DNA of 50,760 nucleotides from Octopus bimaculoides. Its lineage: Eukaryota. The notes beneath the pieces were generated by a model that did no database searches, was not told the DNA's origin, and saw only the letters and a list, made by a program, of their open reading frames with translations. Numbering within the stretch: the first letter of the stretch is position 1; every line of letters begins with the position of its first letter. Both the position numbers and the translations under genes were made by a program. This document shows, one piece after another, positions 1-12,350 of the stretch. The stretch is taken from positions 28,143,406-28,194,165 of the forward strand of contig NC_069002.1 of assembly GCF_001194135.2 (NCBI RefSeq), written 5' to 3'.

Positions 1-8
1 ATATATAT

Positions 9-1621
9 AAGGAACATTGATCATAGAAAAACATCAAATTCGAGTCAACGACTTTATATATAGCACCATACTTCAAACATTTGATCATATATAAATATTA
101 CCATGGTTCTTAAACATACAAACGTATACATATACAAAAAACACAGAAGATAAAGATATATATGCGAATAAAATACAACTATATAGAACGGCCTATCAGA
201 AAAGGTAAATATAAACGTCTAAAAATTCATAAAGATTCTAAAGTGTGTCATGCTACTAAAAAACTAAATAAACTAAGATAAAATAAAATTTTAATCGACT
301 AAAAATATTTTTAAAAAGTTTATTTAAATGAATTTACTGAGATATTCCTTTTTTGCAACCGTAAATTTCTTCTATTTTTCTGAAAGTCTATAGAAGTAAT
401 AGTAGATGTAGTAAATAATATTTAGTTTTATGGGGTTTCGAAACCGGTGAGTTAAAATTTCTTCTAATAACAGCCACCATGTTTAGCAATGAAATAATTC
501 GTTTTTTTTTCGTTTTTGTTGTGTTAGAAAATTTGGACTGGTCCTGTGATGAGTTTATCTTTAAATTTGCCATGCAGCGTTGTATGAACTTTTTGGCTTA
601 GTTTTGTACGTGTTTCCTGTTTGGATACATGAGGAAAAATGTGATAGATTTATGGATGTATTTTCAGAACATTTGAAAATGGTGGGTGAGTGCTGGTTGG
701 ATGAAGATACACGTTCTGTAGTGAAATATGAGGAGTTGAAAAGAATAGAGATATAAAGGTAAAAGAACTTTCAATATTAATGTGAAGTTGGAAAAATAAA
801 AGGAAAGAAAGAAAAAAATGACTGTAAAAAATGTATATATGTAGACTTTGAAAAATAAAAAGAGAGAAGACTGTGAAAATGTAGCCACTCGACTTCGGGG
901 TTCGAGTGGGCATTGCGCCTCAATTTAATTTCTTTCATAATACCATTCGTTTCTTTTAACTTTTTCTACTAATCTCATCCACTTTTTGCTAATTTTTAGT
1001 CCCCCCCAGTTTGTTTTGTTACGTTTTTGTACTGTCTTTATGTTTTGTATTTGTCGACAAACTTCTACATTGGCCTTTATAGGTAATAAAAAATTAGTTT
1101 TGTGTGTGTTTCCTGTTTATCCTGATGAGAGTGGGGTCATTGTCAAGATGCACTTTAATGTAATCGAACCGCGGCAATGAACTCCCGGAATGGTCATAGT
1201 TATGTTTGAATTAATTTTGTGGAACTCTTTTTTGCTCCTGGACTCTAACCTACCATGGTTTTAAGAATTGAACTTTTTTGGATGTACTCTGGTGTGAAGG
1301 GAGTAAATAAAACTTGGAAAAAATTTTTTAGTCGAATCACATTTTATTTTATCTTAGTTTATTTAGTTTTTTAATAGCATGACACACTTTAGAATTTTTA
1401 TGAATTTTTAGTTGTTTGTATTTACCTTTTTGATAGGCCGTTCTATATATTTGTATTTTATTCGCATATATATTTTTACCTTCTGTGTTTTTATGTATAT
1501 TATTATTATATGTTTAAGAACCATGGTAATAGTTATATATGATCAAATGTTTGGAGGTATGGTGCTATATTTAAAGTCGTTGACTCACATTTGATATTTG
1601 TTCTATGATCAATGTTTCTTT
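9..1621. repeat. Inverted repeat with ~320-bp arms (9-328 and 1303-1621) around a ~1-kb core; possibly a Penelope-like element remnant
   Basis: 9-70 (aaggaacattgatcatagaaaaacatcaaatt...tagcacc) is the reverse complement of 1560-1621. The match continues through gataggccgttctata and gcatgacacactttag to gtcgaatcac, roughly 80-90% identical by eye. Confidence 0.85.
1115..1200 (+). ncRNA. Degenerate hammerhead ribozyme-like motif
   Basis: CTGATGA at 1122-1128, an extended stem II (gagt..tcattgtc / ggcaatga-actc), then GGAATGGTC where GAAACGGTC is expected. The core is mutated and stem I is not evident. Confidence 0.35.
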
Positions 1622-1712
1622 ATCTCTGTCTCAATTACCTTTGAACACTACTTTTTCGCAGTCCTATAAACCCTTTTGTTTCCATAATAAGAGACAAAAA
1701 TTATTTCTTGCC

Positions 1713-1715
<3 letters not shown>

Positions 1716-1782
<67 letters not shown>
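1716..1782. repeat. (TA)n microsatellite
   Basis: Direct reading. Confidence 0.98.
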
Positions 1783-1783
<1 letters not shown>

Positions 1784-2084
1784 ATATTTATAACTTATAT
1801 ATGTTATAAATTGATTTGATACTTGAGTCTACCTGTTCATACTTCTGCTCCATTCTACCTGTATCAGGTCGACCAATATACTCTCTATGGACAATTCATA
1901 TTTAGGCAGGGCCCGCATCTCTGCACTTAACGCCAGAGTTTAGGTACTAATTCAGCCAGAGCACTCAATGCATGTGCCTTCTGTCTATATCTCCATTCAA
2001 CATATTCTATGTATGTATGTATGTATGTGTGCAGATTTGTATGTTTTGTTTTACGTATGTATACTCATGCATATAGTTGCATGT

Positions 2085-2540
2085 CTAGACATGCTCATAT
2101 ATATTTAAATGATAAAACTTCTGGAAAGTTTTACAGATTTTTACGGTTCGAGTGATGGCTTCGATCTGTAGTCTTCGAATCAGCTTTCTCCTTTCTGGTT
2201 CTGAGAAGTTTGATTTCTCAGTATTGGTATTTAGGCAGCGTGTTACATCTCTCAGTGCTCCAATAATTACAGGTATAAACCTGAACTTGTAATCTAGAGA
2301 GAGTAGCTGTAGATTCATTCATAGATCAGCGTAGGTATTTTCTTTTTCGCTGATCTTCAGCTTTGGTAACATTTGTTGAGCAGCTGATTTCCATCACTGT
2401 ACAGTTTCTTTTTTGTATCCAAAATCACTATTTCAGGTCTATTATGTTTACATTTTATTGAGGCTTTCACAGGGATATTCTACCAGTACTCCTTTTTATT
2501 ATGAGTAGCTATGGCTTCTACCACACTGTAGGTTCTTATT
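2085..2540 (-). mobile_element. REL-endonuclease non-LTR retrotransposon (Dong/R4-like) 3' fragment, decayed
   Basis: Minus strand translates KHNRPEIVILDTKRNCTVMEISCS...MNLQLLSLDYKFRFIPVIIGAL...LQIEAITRTVKICKTFQKF, matching the RPD(I)V and PVIIGALG motifs of REL-domain LINE C-termini. In-frame stops are present. Confidence 0.8.
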
Positions 2541-2599
2541 TCTTTGGCCTTGAATGTATGTATGTATGTATGTATGTATGTATGCATGTATGTATGTAT

Positions 2600-3320
2600 G
2601 CTTTCACTTCTCAGCAGGCAGCTCCCTATAAAAAAAATCTACTCAGAGATGCGCTCATTCGTCGTCCATATAAAATGGCCAGTCCACCCCATTTATGGCT
2701 AATCCTGTGAATTTACAGAAGACACTTTTGGTGAAACCATTCTAAGAATCTCGTGGCGGTTGTAAGTAGTCTCTGTCTCCGACGAGCAAAGAAGAGGGGA
2801 TAGTATAAGTGCACGATAAACCAAAAATTTTCTACTGACCTTAATGTCTTTGTAACCACTCACGATTCTTAAGAGAACCAAAAGACAGCTGCTTTTTGAA
2901 TTCGAGATGCAATTTCTGTGTGCAGAGTTTAGCTAACCTTTTATTTTCCACATATATTTGAGGAACAGTAAGGGCCTATCTTGGTGCGGGTTGATGCATT
3001 ACTAGTTTTCTTAGCATTAACTGTTAATCCAAAGATGTCAGAAGCAGCGTAAAATTCTTTGATTGGGTTCTGTAAATCGATTTCACAGTGAGATAACAAG
3101 TCATCAGCATAAAGGAGATCTCTAATTAGTGATTTGAAGACATTACATATAATGTTCATTCTAGTGAGATTAAAGAGGTTTCTAGTGTTACGGAAGTGGC
3201 TATAAGAATCCTCTTCAGAGTGACTGGAAGATAAAGACAGCACTGTCGCAAACTAAATAACGAAAAGTGTTGGAGCTTCGAGATCATCCTTGATTTGCAC
3301 TATTTTCGATAGCAAAGCGT
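2600..3320 (-). mobile_element. RTE-clade LINE reverse transcriptase fragment (C-terminal RT and thumb), decayed
   Basis: APTLF..., LIRDLLYADD, ASDIFGLTVNAKKT, VYRALILSPLLCSSET and WTGH motifs across frameshifts. Confidence 0.85.
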
Positions 3321-3379
3321 TTTGAAAAAGTTTCATCAAAATTAATTCTAACCTTCATATCTTTGGAGACCCCCCCCCC

Positions 3380-3710
3380 CCACCTTAGGTCATGAATGAT
3401 TATGGGATTACACCCAGAAAGTTCCTCTCCAAGGCACAAGTCCAAGCAAGGTTGTTTATGGAAGACCAGCAGTCAGCCGTGCATACCAACTTCCCCTCTC
3501 CACGTCACCGATGTTATCCGAGGGAAAAGCAAAGGGGTCAATACAGCTTTGCATCAGTGACATTGCAACTAATTTCTCCAGCTGAGTAAACTGGAGCAAC
3601 GGGAAATAAAGTGTCTTGCTCAAGAGCACAACACACAGCCCGGTCGGGGAATCGAACTCACTACTTAATGATTATGAACCCGACGTTCTAATCGCTGAGC
3701 CATGCGCCTT
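3380..3710 (-). mobile_element. tRNA-derived SINE (family C)
   Basis: Reverse complement starts ggcgcatggctcagcgattag (A box) then gagttcgattccc (B box), followed by gagcaagacactttatttcccgttgctccag, also seen at 31950-32030. Confidence 0.8.
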
Positions 3711-3759
3711 TTATGCAGTAACTTCATCATTTTAACAAATTTGTCTGGGTGCCCATACT

Positions 3760-4667
3760 TTTTCAAAACAATCCAGAGGTCAACCTTCTCCAAACGTATC
3801 AACGGCCTTACAATGATCCACGAAACAGAGATGCAAAGTCATATTTCGCTCATTAGCTTCACCTTTGGGAGGAAAACTTACGGAAGGATCTTAAAACGAA
3901 GCTCCTGTGAAGCAGCGTTAACAACTCCTGATTTCAGAACACAAAAAATTGCAGATTGGTCTACAGAGAACGATGCAGCAGTTTGTGACTTGCTTCAAAG
4001 GAAACGGGAAATTCACAATCTTGTTCAATTTCTCAAACCTTAATGGTAATGAAGAATGCAAAGCCATAAATCTGTCAAACAAAATAGTTTGAGGAAAATG
4101 AAAGATAACTGGTGGCACGAAAGGGCAAGAACTGCGCAAGTTTTATAAAGGAAATGTTTGGGACGGAATCAGAAAACATTGTATTTGTGCGCTCAAAATA
4201 TGGTCCAACCTTTTATAAAGACAATGTGTCTCACAGTACAGTGTTTCTCAAGAAGCCTTCTGAAGCCAGCACAAATCTAATCACTTCTATTGAACAACGA
4301 TGCATCACAGAGGAAATGGCATCAGCACCATCAACAAAAGACATAAGATTAACAATAAGAAACCTAAATAACAACTAGGGCCCCTGGTATGGATAATGTA
4401 AATGCAGAATTTAAGTGTGGAGATTTTGAAATGACTGACTTTCTCCATTCATTGATTGTTTCGCACTGGAATTAAGTCGCCACACAAGATCGGGGAGACG
4501 CAGTTCGTATATCAATCTTCACATCAGTTCCAAAGCATCAATGTGGAAATGTTCATGGAATATCCCTTCTGTCGGCTGTGGGGAGAGTGCTGGACAGTTT
4601 TACATTTGGAATCGCCGAATAAACAATGTTCCATCTTTTGTTCCAGAATCCCAATTCAGCTCTATGG
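3760..4667 (+). mobile_element. RTE-clade LINE fragment (linker and RT N-terminus), decayed
   Basis: LRKMKDNWWHE, EEMASAPSTKDIRLTIRNLNNN*GP (typically KAPG), LTDFLHSLIV, HGISLLSAVGRVL, PESQ motifs. Confidence 0.85.
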
Positions 4668-4745
4668 CAGTGGTTCTCAATAGTTTCCTTTCTTTTTTTT
4701 TTATCTACGGATCACTTTGATTCCCATTTTACTCGGATGGGGTTC
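4668..4745 (+). mobile_element. Probable hAT/Charlie-type MITE left end
   Basis: Begins CAGTGGTTCTCAA, a Charlie-like terminus, exactly where RTE homology stops. The other end is not seen (gap follows). Confidence 0.4.
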
Positions 4746-5731
4746 GAACCCCTCTCCCTCAAAGACTCTGACTGAGTGCTTTACGATTAAGAGATATGTG
4801 TTCGAGTCCCATGGCTGGTTGTTGACAAATTTTTCTGCCTTGTAAGGGTAATTTAACCAGTATTTCTGTTGTTTTAACGACAACTCTGCGTTCGAAAAAC
4901 AACCATATTCTTATTTGTATCGTACAATACACATTTCGACGCTTCTAATAAAAAAGCAAATATTTGGCTGTTTACATTTACACNNNNNNNNNNNNNNNNN
5001 NNNNNNNNNNNNNNNNNNNNNNNNNNNNNNNNNNNNNNNNNNNNNNNNNNNNNNNNNNNNNNNNNNNNNNNNNNNNNNNNNNNNNNNNNNNNNNNNNNNN
5101 NNNNNNNNNNNNNNNNNNNNNNNNNNNNNNNNNNNNNNNNNNNNNNNNNNNNNNNNNNNNNNNNNNNNNNNNNNNNNNNNNNNNNNNNNNNNNNNNNNNN
5201 NNNNNNNNNNNNNNNNNNNNNNNNNNNNNNNNNNNNNNNNNNNNNNNNNNNNNNNNNNNNNNNNNNNNNNNNNNNNNNNNNNNNNNNNNNNNNNNNNNNN
5301 NNNNNNNNNNNNNNNNNNNNNNNNNNNNNNNNNNNNNNNNNNNNNNNNNNNNNNNNNNNNNNNNNNNNNNNNNNNNNNNNNNNNNNNNNNNNNNNNNNNN
5401 NNNNNNNNNNNNNNNNNNNNNNNNNNNNNNNNNNNNNNNNNNNNNNNNNNNNNNNNNNNNNNNNNNNNNNNNNNNNNNNNNNNNNNNNNNNNNNNNNNNN
5501 NNNNNNNNNNNNNNNNNNNNNNNNNNNNNNNNNNNNNNNNNNNNNNNNNNNNNNNNNNNNNNNNNNNNNNNNNNNNNNNNNNNNNNNNNNNNNNNNNNNN
5601 NNNNNNNNNNNNNNNNNNNNNNNNNNNNNNNNNNNNNNNNNNNNNNNNNNNNNNNNNNNNNNNNNNNNNNNNNNNNNNNNNNNNNNNNNNNNNNNNNNNN
5701 NNNNNNNNNNNNNNNNNNNNNNNNNNNNNNN

Positions 5732-5974
5732 TAACGATTCTTATTTCTTTATTACCCTCAAGGGGCTAAACATAGAGGGGACAAACAAGGACAGACAAAG
5801 AGATTAAGTAAATTACATCGACCCCAGAGCGTAACTGGTAGTTAATTTATCGACTCCGAAAGGATGAAAGGCAAAGTCAACCCCGGCGGAATTTGAACTC
5901 AGAACGTAACGGCAGACGAAATACCGCTAAGCATTTCGCCCGGCGTGCTAACGATTCTGCCAGCTCGCCGCCTT
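5732..5974 (-). mobile_element. tRNA-derived SINE (family A, Deu/Nin-like central domain)
   Basis: Reverse complement: ggcggcgagctggcagaatcgttag (A box), gagttcaaattcc (B box), gactttgcctttcatcctttcggagtcgataaattaa core. Confidence 0.88.
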
Positions 5975-5983
5975 AATATTATT

Positions 5984-6536
<553 letters not shown>

Positions 6537-7514
6537 TAACGACGACGACGATGGTAATAATAAAATAAAGAAATGAAAAAACCATCATGACTAAACACTA
6601 AATTTTCTTAACAAAAGGAAACAAAGTTGAATTGTTTGGGAAAATCGAAAGCATCGATAATTAAAAAAAAAAAAAAAACCCAACAAGAACATTATCAACA
6701 ACAACAACAACAACAAACCACAAAATTTATCAGTCATAACATAAGTTAAAAGGTTATCAATTGATATAAGAGAATGCAATTTTGAATTTGATTGTCTTAT
6801 TGATATTTTTGATCTAATAACGATAGAAATTTAAAATACCTTACCCAAAAAGAAATAGAAATAACAATGGAATAATAAAACTAAAATGCTAATGCTACTA
6901 ATAATAATGATAAATAAATGAATGAATAAATAACAAGTGTTTTCCAGAAACAAGCAAATAAACAACGCGAACTGTAATTTGAATGTAATTATTTTTGTTG
7001 AGAAAACAATGAAAGTTCTTAGCAATGAAATTAACAGACAAATTTCTAGTAACTATATTAGTTATATCAGAAGAATAATTTTGTAAACTAAACAGAATCG
7101 AATGACATTTGTTGTAATTATTAAGAAAGTGCAAAATGGTGGTACGCACAGTTTGAAAATGGCGAGCGTTCGTAAGTTACTGTATATGAGCGAACGGTTT
7201 CGTTGGCGTGATTTTCTGTAATATGTATTGTATATAGCATATTGAATATATATATACGGTATTTTTGAAATGTGTATACAGTGGTTGTATAGTATATATG
7301 CAGTATGTATAGAGTGTTTATACGGTGTGTGTGTTTGCGTGTGCAGTATGAATACAGAAGATGGTTTAAAAAAAAAAAAAAAAAGGTCACTGCGAACGAC
7401 ACACGTTAGATCTTTCCTTGCGTGCAAATTTATTTATATTCTTAGACATATATAATTGGAATAAATTCTACATACGTACATATATACTTAAGAGTGTGTA
7501 TGCATGTATCTCTC

Positions 7515-7579
<65 letters not shown>

Positions 7580-7589
7580 TCTATACACT

Positions 7590-7730
7590 TTTAATTGTTT
7601 CAGTCATTTGGAGCACCGCCTTTACTTGAACAAGTCGACCCCAGGACTTATTCTTTTCAATCCTAGTACTTATCCTAACGGTCTCATTTTGTCGAACGGC
7701 TAAGTTACGGGGACGTAAACACACCAACAC
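7590..7730 (-). mobile_element. Family-B SINE 3' half
   Basis: ttgtttcagtcatttg..gagcaccgccttt..gtcgacccaggactta..ctaagttacggggacgtaaacacacc, matching the full copy at 41862-42280. Confidence 0.8.
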
Positions 7731-7980
7731 TCTTTGGATCTTCTAGATACCAATACCTCTCATATTATACATATAAACTCATACTCACGCTTCATGTAAG
7801 CTTATATTCATACGTAAACACACACACACACACACAGCGGAATTCTCCAAGAATTCAAATACAATCGATTAGTGATACAGCGAAAACTCGTTAAACATTC
7901 CAGGGATTCTCCAATTAAGGTTCCTTCATACTATCATATGTACAGAAGGCATACATACACAGTAACGAAGCAAAAGAACT

Positions 7981-8136
7981 AACTTGCTGGGGCTACTTGC
8001 TGGAGCCTAGCAGCGGGAAGTTTAGACAGTGTCATGTGACAACTTGCTGCTGCTGCCTACTGGACCCTAACAGCGGGAAATTTAGACAGTGTCACGTGAC
8101 AACTAGCTGGGGCTGCCTGCTGGAGCCTAGCAGCAG
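7981..8136. repeat. 60-bp tandem repeat, ~2.6 copies
   Basis: aacttgctggggct...cagcgggaa(g/a)tttagacagtgtca(t/c)gtgac recurs at 7981, 8041 and 8101. Confidence 0.9.
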
Positions 8137-8964
8137 ATATAAAAAGGGGAACTTGACATGACGATCAGTCGGACGCTGACACTCGTTGATGCTGCATCGA
8201 AGAGGCCAGGGAATAGAAGAAAGAAGACATACACCCAACACCAGAGCTGAANNNNNNNNNNNNNNNNNNNNNNNNNNNNNNNNNNNNNNNNNNNNNNNNN
8301 NNNNNNNNNNNNNNNNNNNNNNNNNNNNNNNNNNNNNNNNNNNNNNNNNNNNNNNNNNNNNNNNNNNNNNNNNNNNNNNNNNNNNNNNNNNNNNNNNNNN
8401 NNNNNNNNNNNNNNNNNNNNNNNNNNNNNNNNNNNNNNNNNNNNNNNNNNNNNNNNNNNNNNNNNNNNNNNNNNNNNNNNNNNNNNNNNNNNNNNNNNNN
8501 NNNNNNNNNNNNNNNNNNNNNNNNNNNNNNNNNNNNNNNNNNNNNNNNNNNNNNNNNNNNNNNNNNNNNNNNNNNNNNNNNNNNNNNNNNNNNNNNNNNN
8601 NNNNNNNNNNNNNNNNNNNNNNNNNNNNNNNNNNNNNNNNNNNNNNNNNNNNNNNNNNNNNNNNNNNNNNNNNNNNNNNNNNNNNNNNNNNNNNNNNNNN
8701 NNNNNNNNNNNNNNNNNNNNNNNNNNNNNNNNNNNNNNNNNNNNNNNNNNNNNNNNNNNNNNNNNNNNNNNNNNNNNNNNNNNNNNNNNNNNNNNNNNNN
8801 NNNNNNNNNNNNNNNNNNNNNNNNNNNNNNNNNNNNNNNNNNNNNNNNNNNNNNNNNNNNNNNNNNNNNNNNNNNNNNNNNNNNNNNNNNNNNNNNNNNN
8901 NNNNNNNNNNNNNNNNNNNNNNNNNNNNNNNNNNNNNNNNNNNNNNNNNNNNNNNNNNNNNNNN

Positions 8965-9006
<42 letters not shown>

Positions 9007-9010
<4 letters not shown>

Positions 9011-9135
9011 TATACTTGTGTGTGTGTCTGTGATTGTCTCCCACCGTCGCTTGACAACCGATGCTGGTATGTTTATATCCCTGTAATATATGTGGTTCGG
9101 CAAAAGAGACCGATAGAATAATGACAAACATGTAA
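9007..9135 (+). mobile_element. Family-B SINE 3' part next to a gap
   Basis: cgcttgacaaccgatgctggt..gttcggcaaaagagaccgatagaata. Confidence 0.75.
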
Positions 9136-9261
9136 AAGAATATAAGATAATTTCTCAAGACGAACACCACCGTTTAGAAGGCTTTCTAAAGGATATACAT
9201 ATTGTGTATACACAATATGTATACAGAGTTGAATAAAAAGTATATCAAGATATTTAAAATG

Positions 9262-9640
9262 TAGGCATGGCTGTGTGGTAAGAAGTTTTCTTCCCAACAC
9301 CATGGTTCTGGGTTCAGTCCCACTGTACGACACCGTGGGCAAGTGTCTTCTACCGTCCTAAGGTCGACCAAAACTTTCTGAGTGGATTTGGTGAAAGAAA
9401 CTGAAAGAAGCCTGTATGTGTTTGTGTCTGAGTTTATTCCCCACCACTGCTTGACAGCCTGTGTTGGAGTGTTTATATCTACGTAACTTAGCTATTCGGC
9501 AAAAGGAAACCGATAGAATAAGTACTAGGCTTTTAAAAAAATTGATACTTGGGTCGATTTATTTGACTAGGAATAGTCTCCGAGGCGGTGCTCCAGCATT
9601 GCCGCAGTCTAATGACTAAAACGAGTGAGAGATAAAAGAT
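9262..9640 (+). mobile_element. Family-B tRNA-derived SINE, near full length
   Basis: Head ggcatggctgtgtggtaag (A box), gggttcagtccc (B box), body gggcaagtgtcttcta..gtggatttgg..aaactgaaagaagcc, 3' part ggcggtgctccagcat.gccgcagtc. Confidence 0.88.
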
Positions 9641-9955
9641 GTTTTTTTGTTTTTAAATGGGCAAGATATACATATGCCAAGTTCATAAGATCGTTACGAG
9701 TTGCATCATTGAAACAGCTTGTATCGAACGATTGAAGAAGAAAGGGCTTCGGCACCTCAGTACGCAACGATAAACATTACTGTAGAAGGCAACGCATTAC
9801 GTTCATAATGTACATTAAGAGGTAATATTTATCCTCATTTCAACGTGGATGTTCTATCAGAATAAGCTTTACTGCGGTGGATAGCATTAGAGAAACTCTC
9901 AAAGAGGGTGCAAAATGCACGTTTGTTTTATATCGCTAAAGAAAGAAAAAAAGCC

Positions 9956-10790
9956 AGCGATATAAAACAAGAGAGCATTTTGCACCAAAAGCCAATATGA
10001 GAGAGTTCCTCTCATGGTATCTATCGCAGTAGAGTTTGTTTCAACAGAGCAACTATCTTTAAGTGGGAATAAAGATTACCACTCGGTTTTAATACTACCT
10101 CTGTCGCTAATAAATATTGTGTTAACAAGCTCACTGGCTAATCGTGACACCAGCACCTGTTCTGGCACTGTTTGTCTATATATCAATGGTAAGGCGGTGA
10201 ATCGCTGCTATCTCGAGCAGTCAAGCATCCATCATTGATGAAATCGCTTGATCTGGAGGTCTCAGTGCTGGCAATGGTGGGGATTTATCTCTCTCTGCTA
10301 GCGATATAAACAAGTTTCTCTCATGGTATTTACTGCAGCATCGTCTGTTCTAACTGAACATCATTGCTCAAGTGGGGACAAATGTTACTTCTCCGTATTA
10401 AGACTACCTCTTCAGCAAATAAATGTATTTTAACAAGTTCACTGGCTAATCACGACACCAGCGCCTGTTCTGGAACTGCCAATCTATATATCGCTGGCGG
10501 GGAGATGAATCGCTGCTATCTCTGGCAGTCGAGCATCCGTCATTGATAAGACCAAGGAAGGACGAAATCGCGTGAGCTGGTGGTTTCAACGCTGGAGGTG
10601 GCAGGGATTTATCTCTCCCTGCTGTAATGTAAACAAGAGTGCATTTTACACCAAAAGCCAATATGAGAAGTTCTCTCATACTATCTACTTCAGTATAGTT
10701 TGTTCTAACAGAACATCTACATTTAAATGGGGATAGATATTACCTTTCAGTATTAATACTGCCTCTGTCGCTAATATATATTTTATAACA
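9956..10790. repeat. Diverged ~340-bp tandem repeat, ~2.4 copies
   Basis: Blocks aacaagytcactggctaatc, gaatcgctgctatctc and gggatttatctctc recur ~330-340 bp apart; caccaaaagccaatatgaga occurs at ~9983 and ~10649. Confidence 0.85.
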
Positions 10791-10814
10791 AAATGTACAT
10801 TAACTGCAGAGATG

Positions 10815-11330
10815 GGGAAAAATAGATTTTGTGGATGTTAACTTTAAGTCTATTGTTGAATAGTCAGATTTCTGGGTAGTTTATTGAAGGTTGGGGCAGT
10901 TGTATAACTGTGTGATGTGAAAGGTGTGAATAAAATGTCATCTATGTATGAAACTGCATATATTTTGCGATATGGGGACAGAATGTCGTTTTTAGGTTGA
11001 AAAGTGTGGGTTAAAAGATGGAGCCCTGCGGTACGTCAATCAAGAAATTGTAATGCTGGTTTTTGTTTTTACATACTAAGATTTGTAGATCATACAGGCT
11101 GTACATAAACAGAAATATAGTCCTTTGTATAGCTCTTGTGGGATTAAAGCAACGACGAGGGCATTTTTGGTAGCCTAGAATGAGTATAGAGCAGAAATAT
11201 CTTTTTACTAAACAGTTCATCAGGCTCTGCTCATTTTTCTCTCCCAAAATACTGAGAGAAAGTAGCAGTGGGCTGTCTATTCAGATGTGAACAGGAATAT
11301 ACCTAGTCATACCGTAATTGTTTAGGATAA
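10815..11330 (-). mobile_element. CR1/L2/Jockey-type LINE RT core fragment, heavily decayed
   Basis: Minus strand DVPQGSIF*PTLF followed at the expected spacing by YIDDILF (YADD motif). Confidence 0.6.
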
Positions 11331-12121
11331 CTGCTCCTAGATCAAGGATGAGCGTCGCAAAGATCCGAACTCTCGACCACATTTTTAAATTCATATCTAA
11401 AACACCATCTCACGACTTCTCAGAACAGAGACACAGTAACTACAAAAATGACGCCGCATTCAATTTTGGCGCCTACAACGGTACCTGATCTAATTTCTCA
11501 TGCTGACTAGGCGCAGTGGCGCGCAATGGCATTTTCGAGAGCGTACACACGCAAGTGTGTATGCGCGCGCNNNNNNNNNNNNNNNNNNNNNNNNNNNNNN
11601 NNNNNNNNNNNNNNNNNNNNNNNNNNNNNNNNNNNNNNNNNNNNNNNNNNNNNNNNNNNNNNNNNNNNNNNNNNNNNNNNNNNNNNNNNNNNNNNNNNNN
11701 NNNNNNNNNNNNNNNNNNNNNNNNNNNNNNNNNNNNNNNNNNNNNNNNNNNNNNNNNNNNNNNNNNNNNNNNNNNNNNNNNNNNNNNNNNNNNNNNNNNN
11801 NNNNNNNNNNNNNNNNNNNNNNNNNNNNNNNNNNNNNNNNNNNNNNNNNNNNNNNNNNNNNNNNNNNNNNNNNNNNNNNNNNNNNNNNNNNNNNNNNNNN
11901 NNNNNNNNNNNNNNNNNNNNNNNNNNNNNNNNNNNNNNNNNNNNNNNNNNNNNNATATATAAATGTGTATGTGTGTATATATGTGTGTATATATGTGTGC
12001 GTGTGTGTATATATGTGTGCGTGTGTGTATATATGTGTGCGTGTGTGTATATATTTGTGTGTCTGTGTATATATATGTGTGTCTGTGTATATATATGTGT
12101 GTATATATATGTGTGTGTATG

Positions 12122-12160
<39 letters not shown>

Positions 12161-12194
12161 GCACATATATGTATATATATACACATATGTATAT

Positions 12195-12350
12195 ATCCCG
12201 ACACGTTTTTCTCTCTCCAATTTTTCATCTCATCCCTCTCTGTCGAAGACCGTAGGTTCGAAACGTCAAAAGCTTTTCTATTCTTCCCGAGCGTCAAACT
12301 AATACACCTGCTGCTTGTTGTTCCCTCTCCTGTTTTCGACTTCTGCTTTC
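12195..12350 (+). repeat. Short interspersed repeat with a hammerhead-like remnant (second copy 44915-45010)
   Basis: gaagaccgtaggttcgaaacgtc..gagcgtcaaactaatacac versus agagcataggctcgaaacgtt..cagcgtcaaactattacac. Confidence 0.65.

Noticed and set aside
9716-9810. Possible exon after aacag (LYRTIEEERASAPQYATINITVEGNALRS)
   Set aside because: No pyrimidine tract, no good donor, no recognisable homology.
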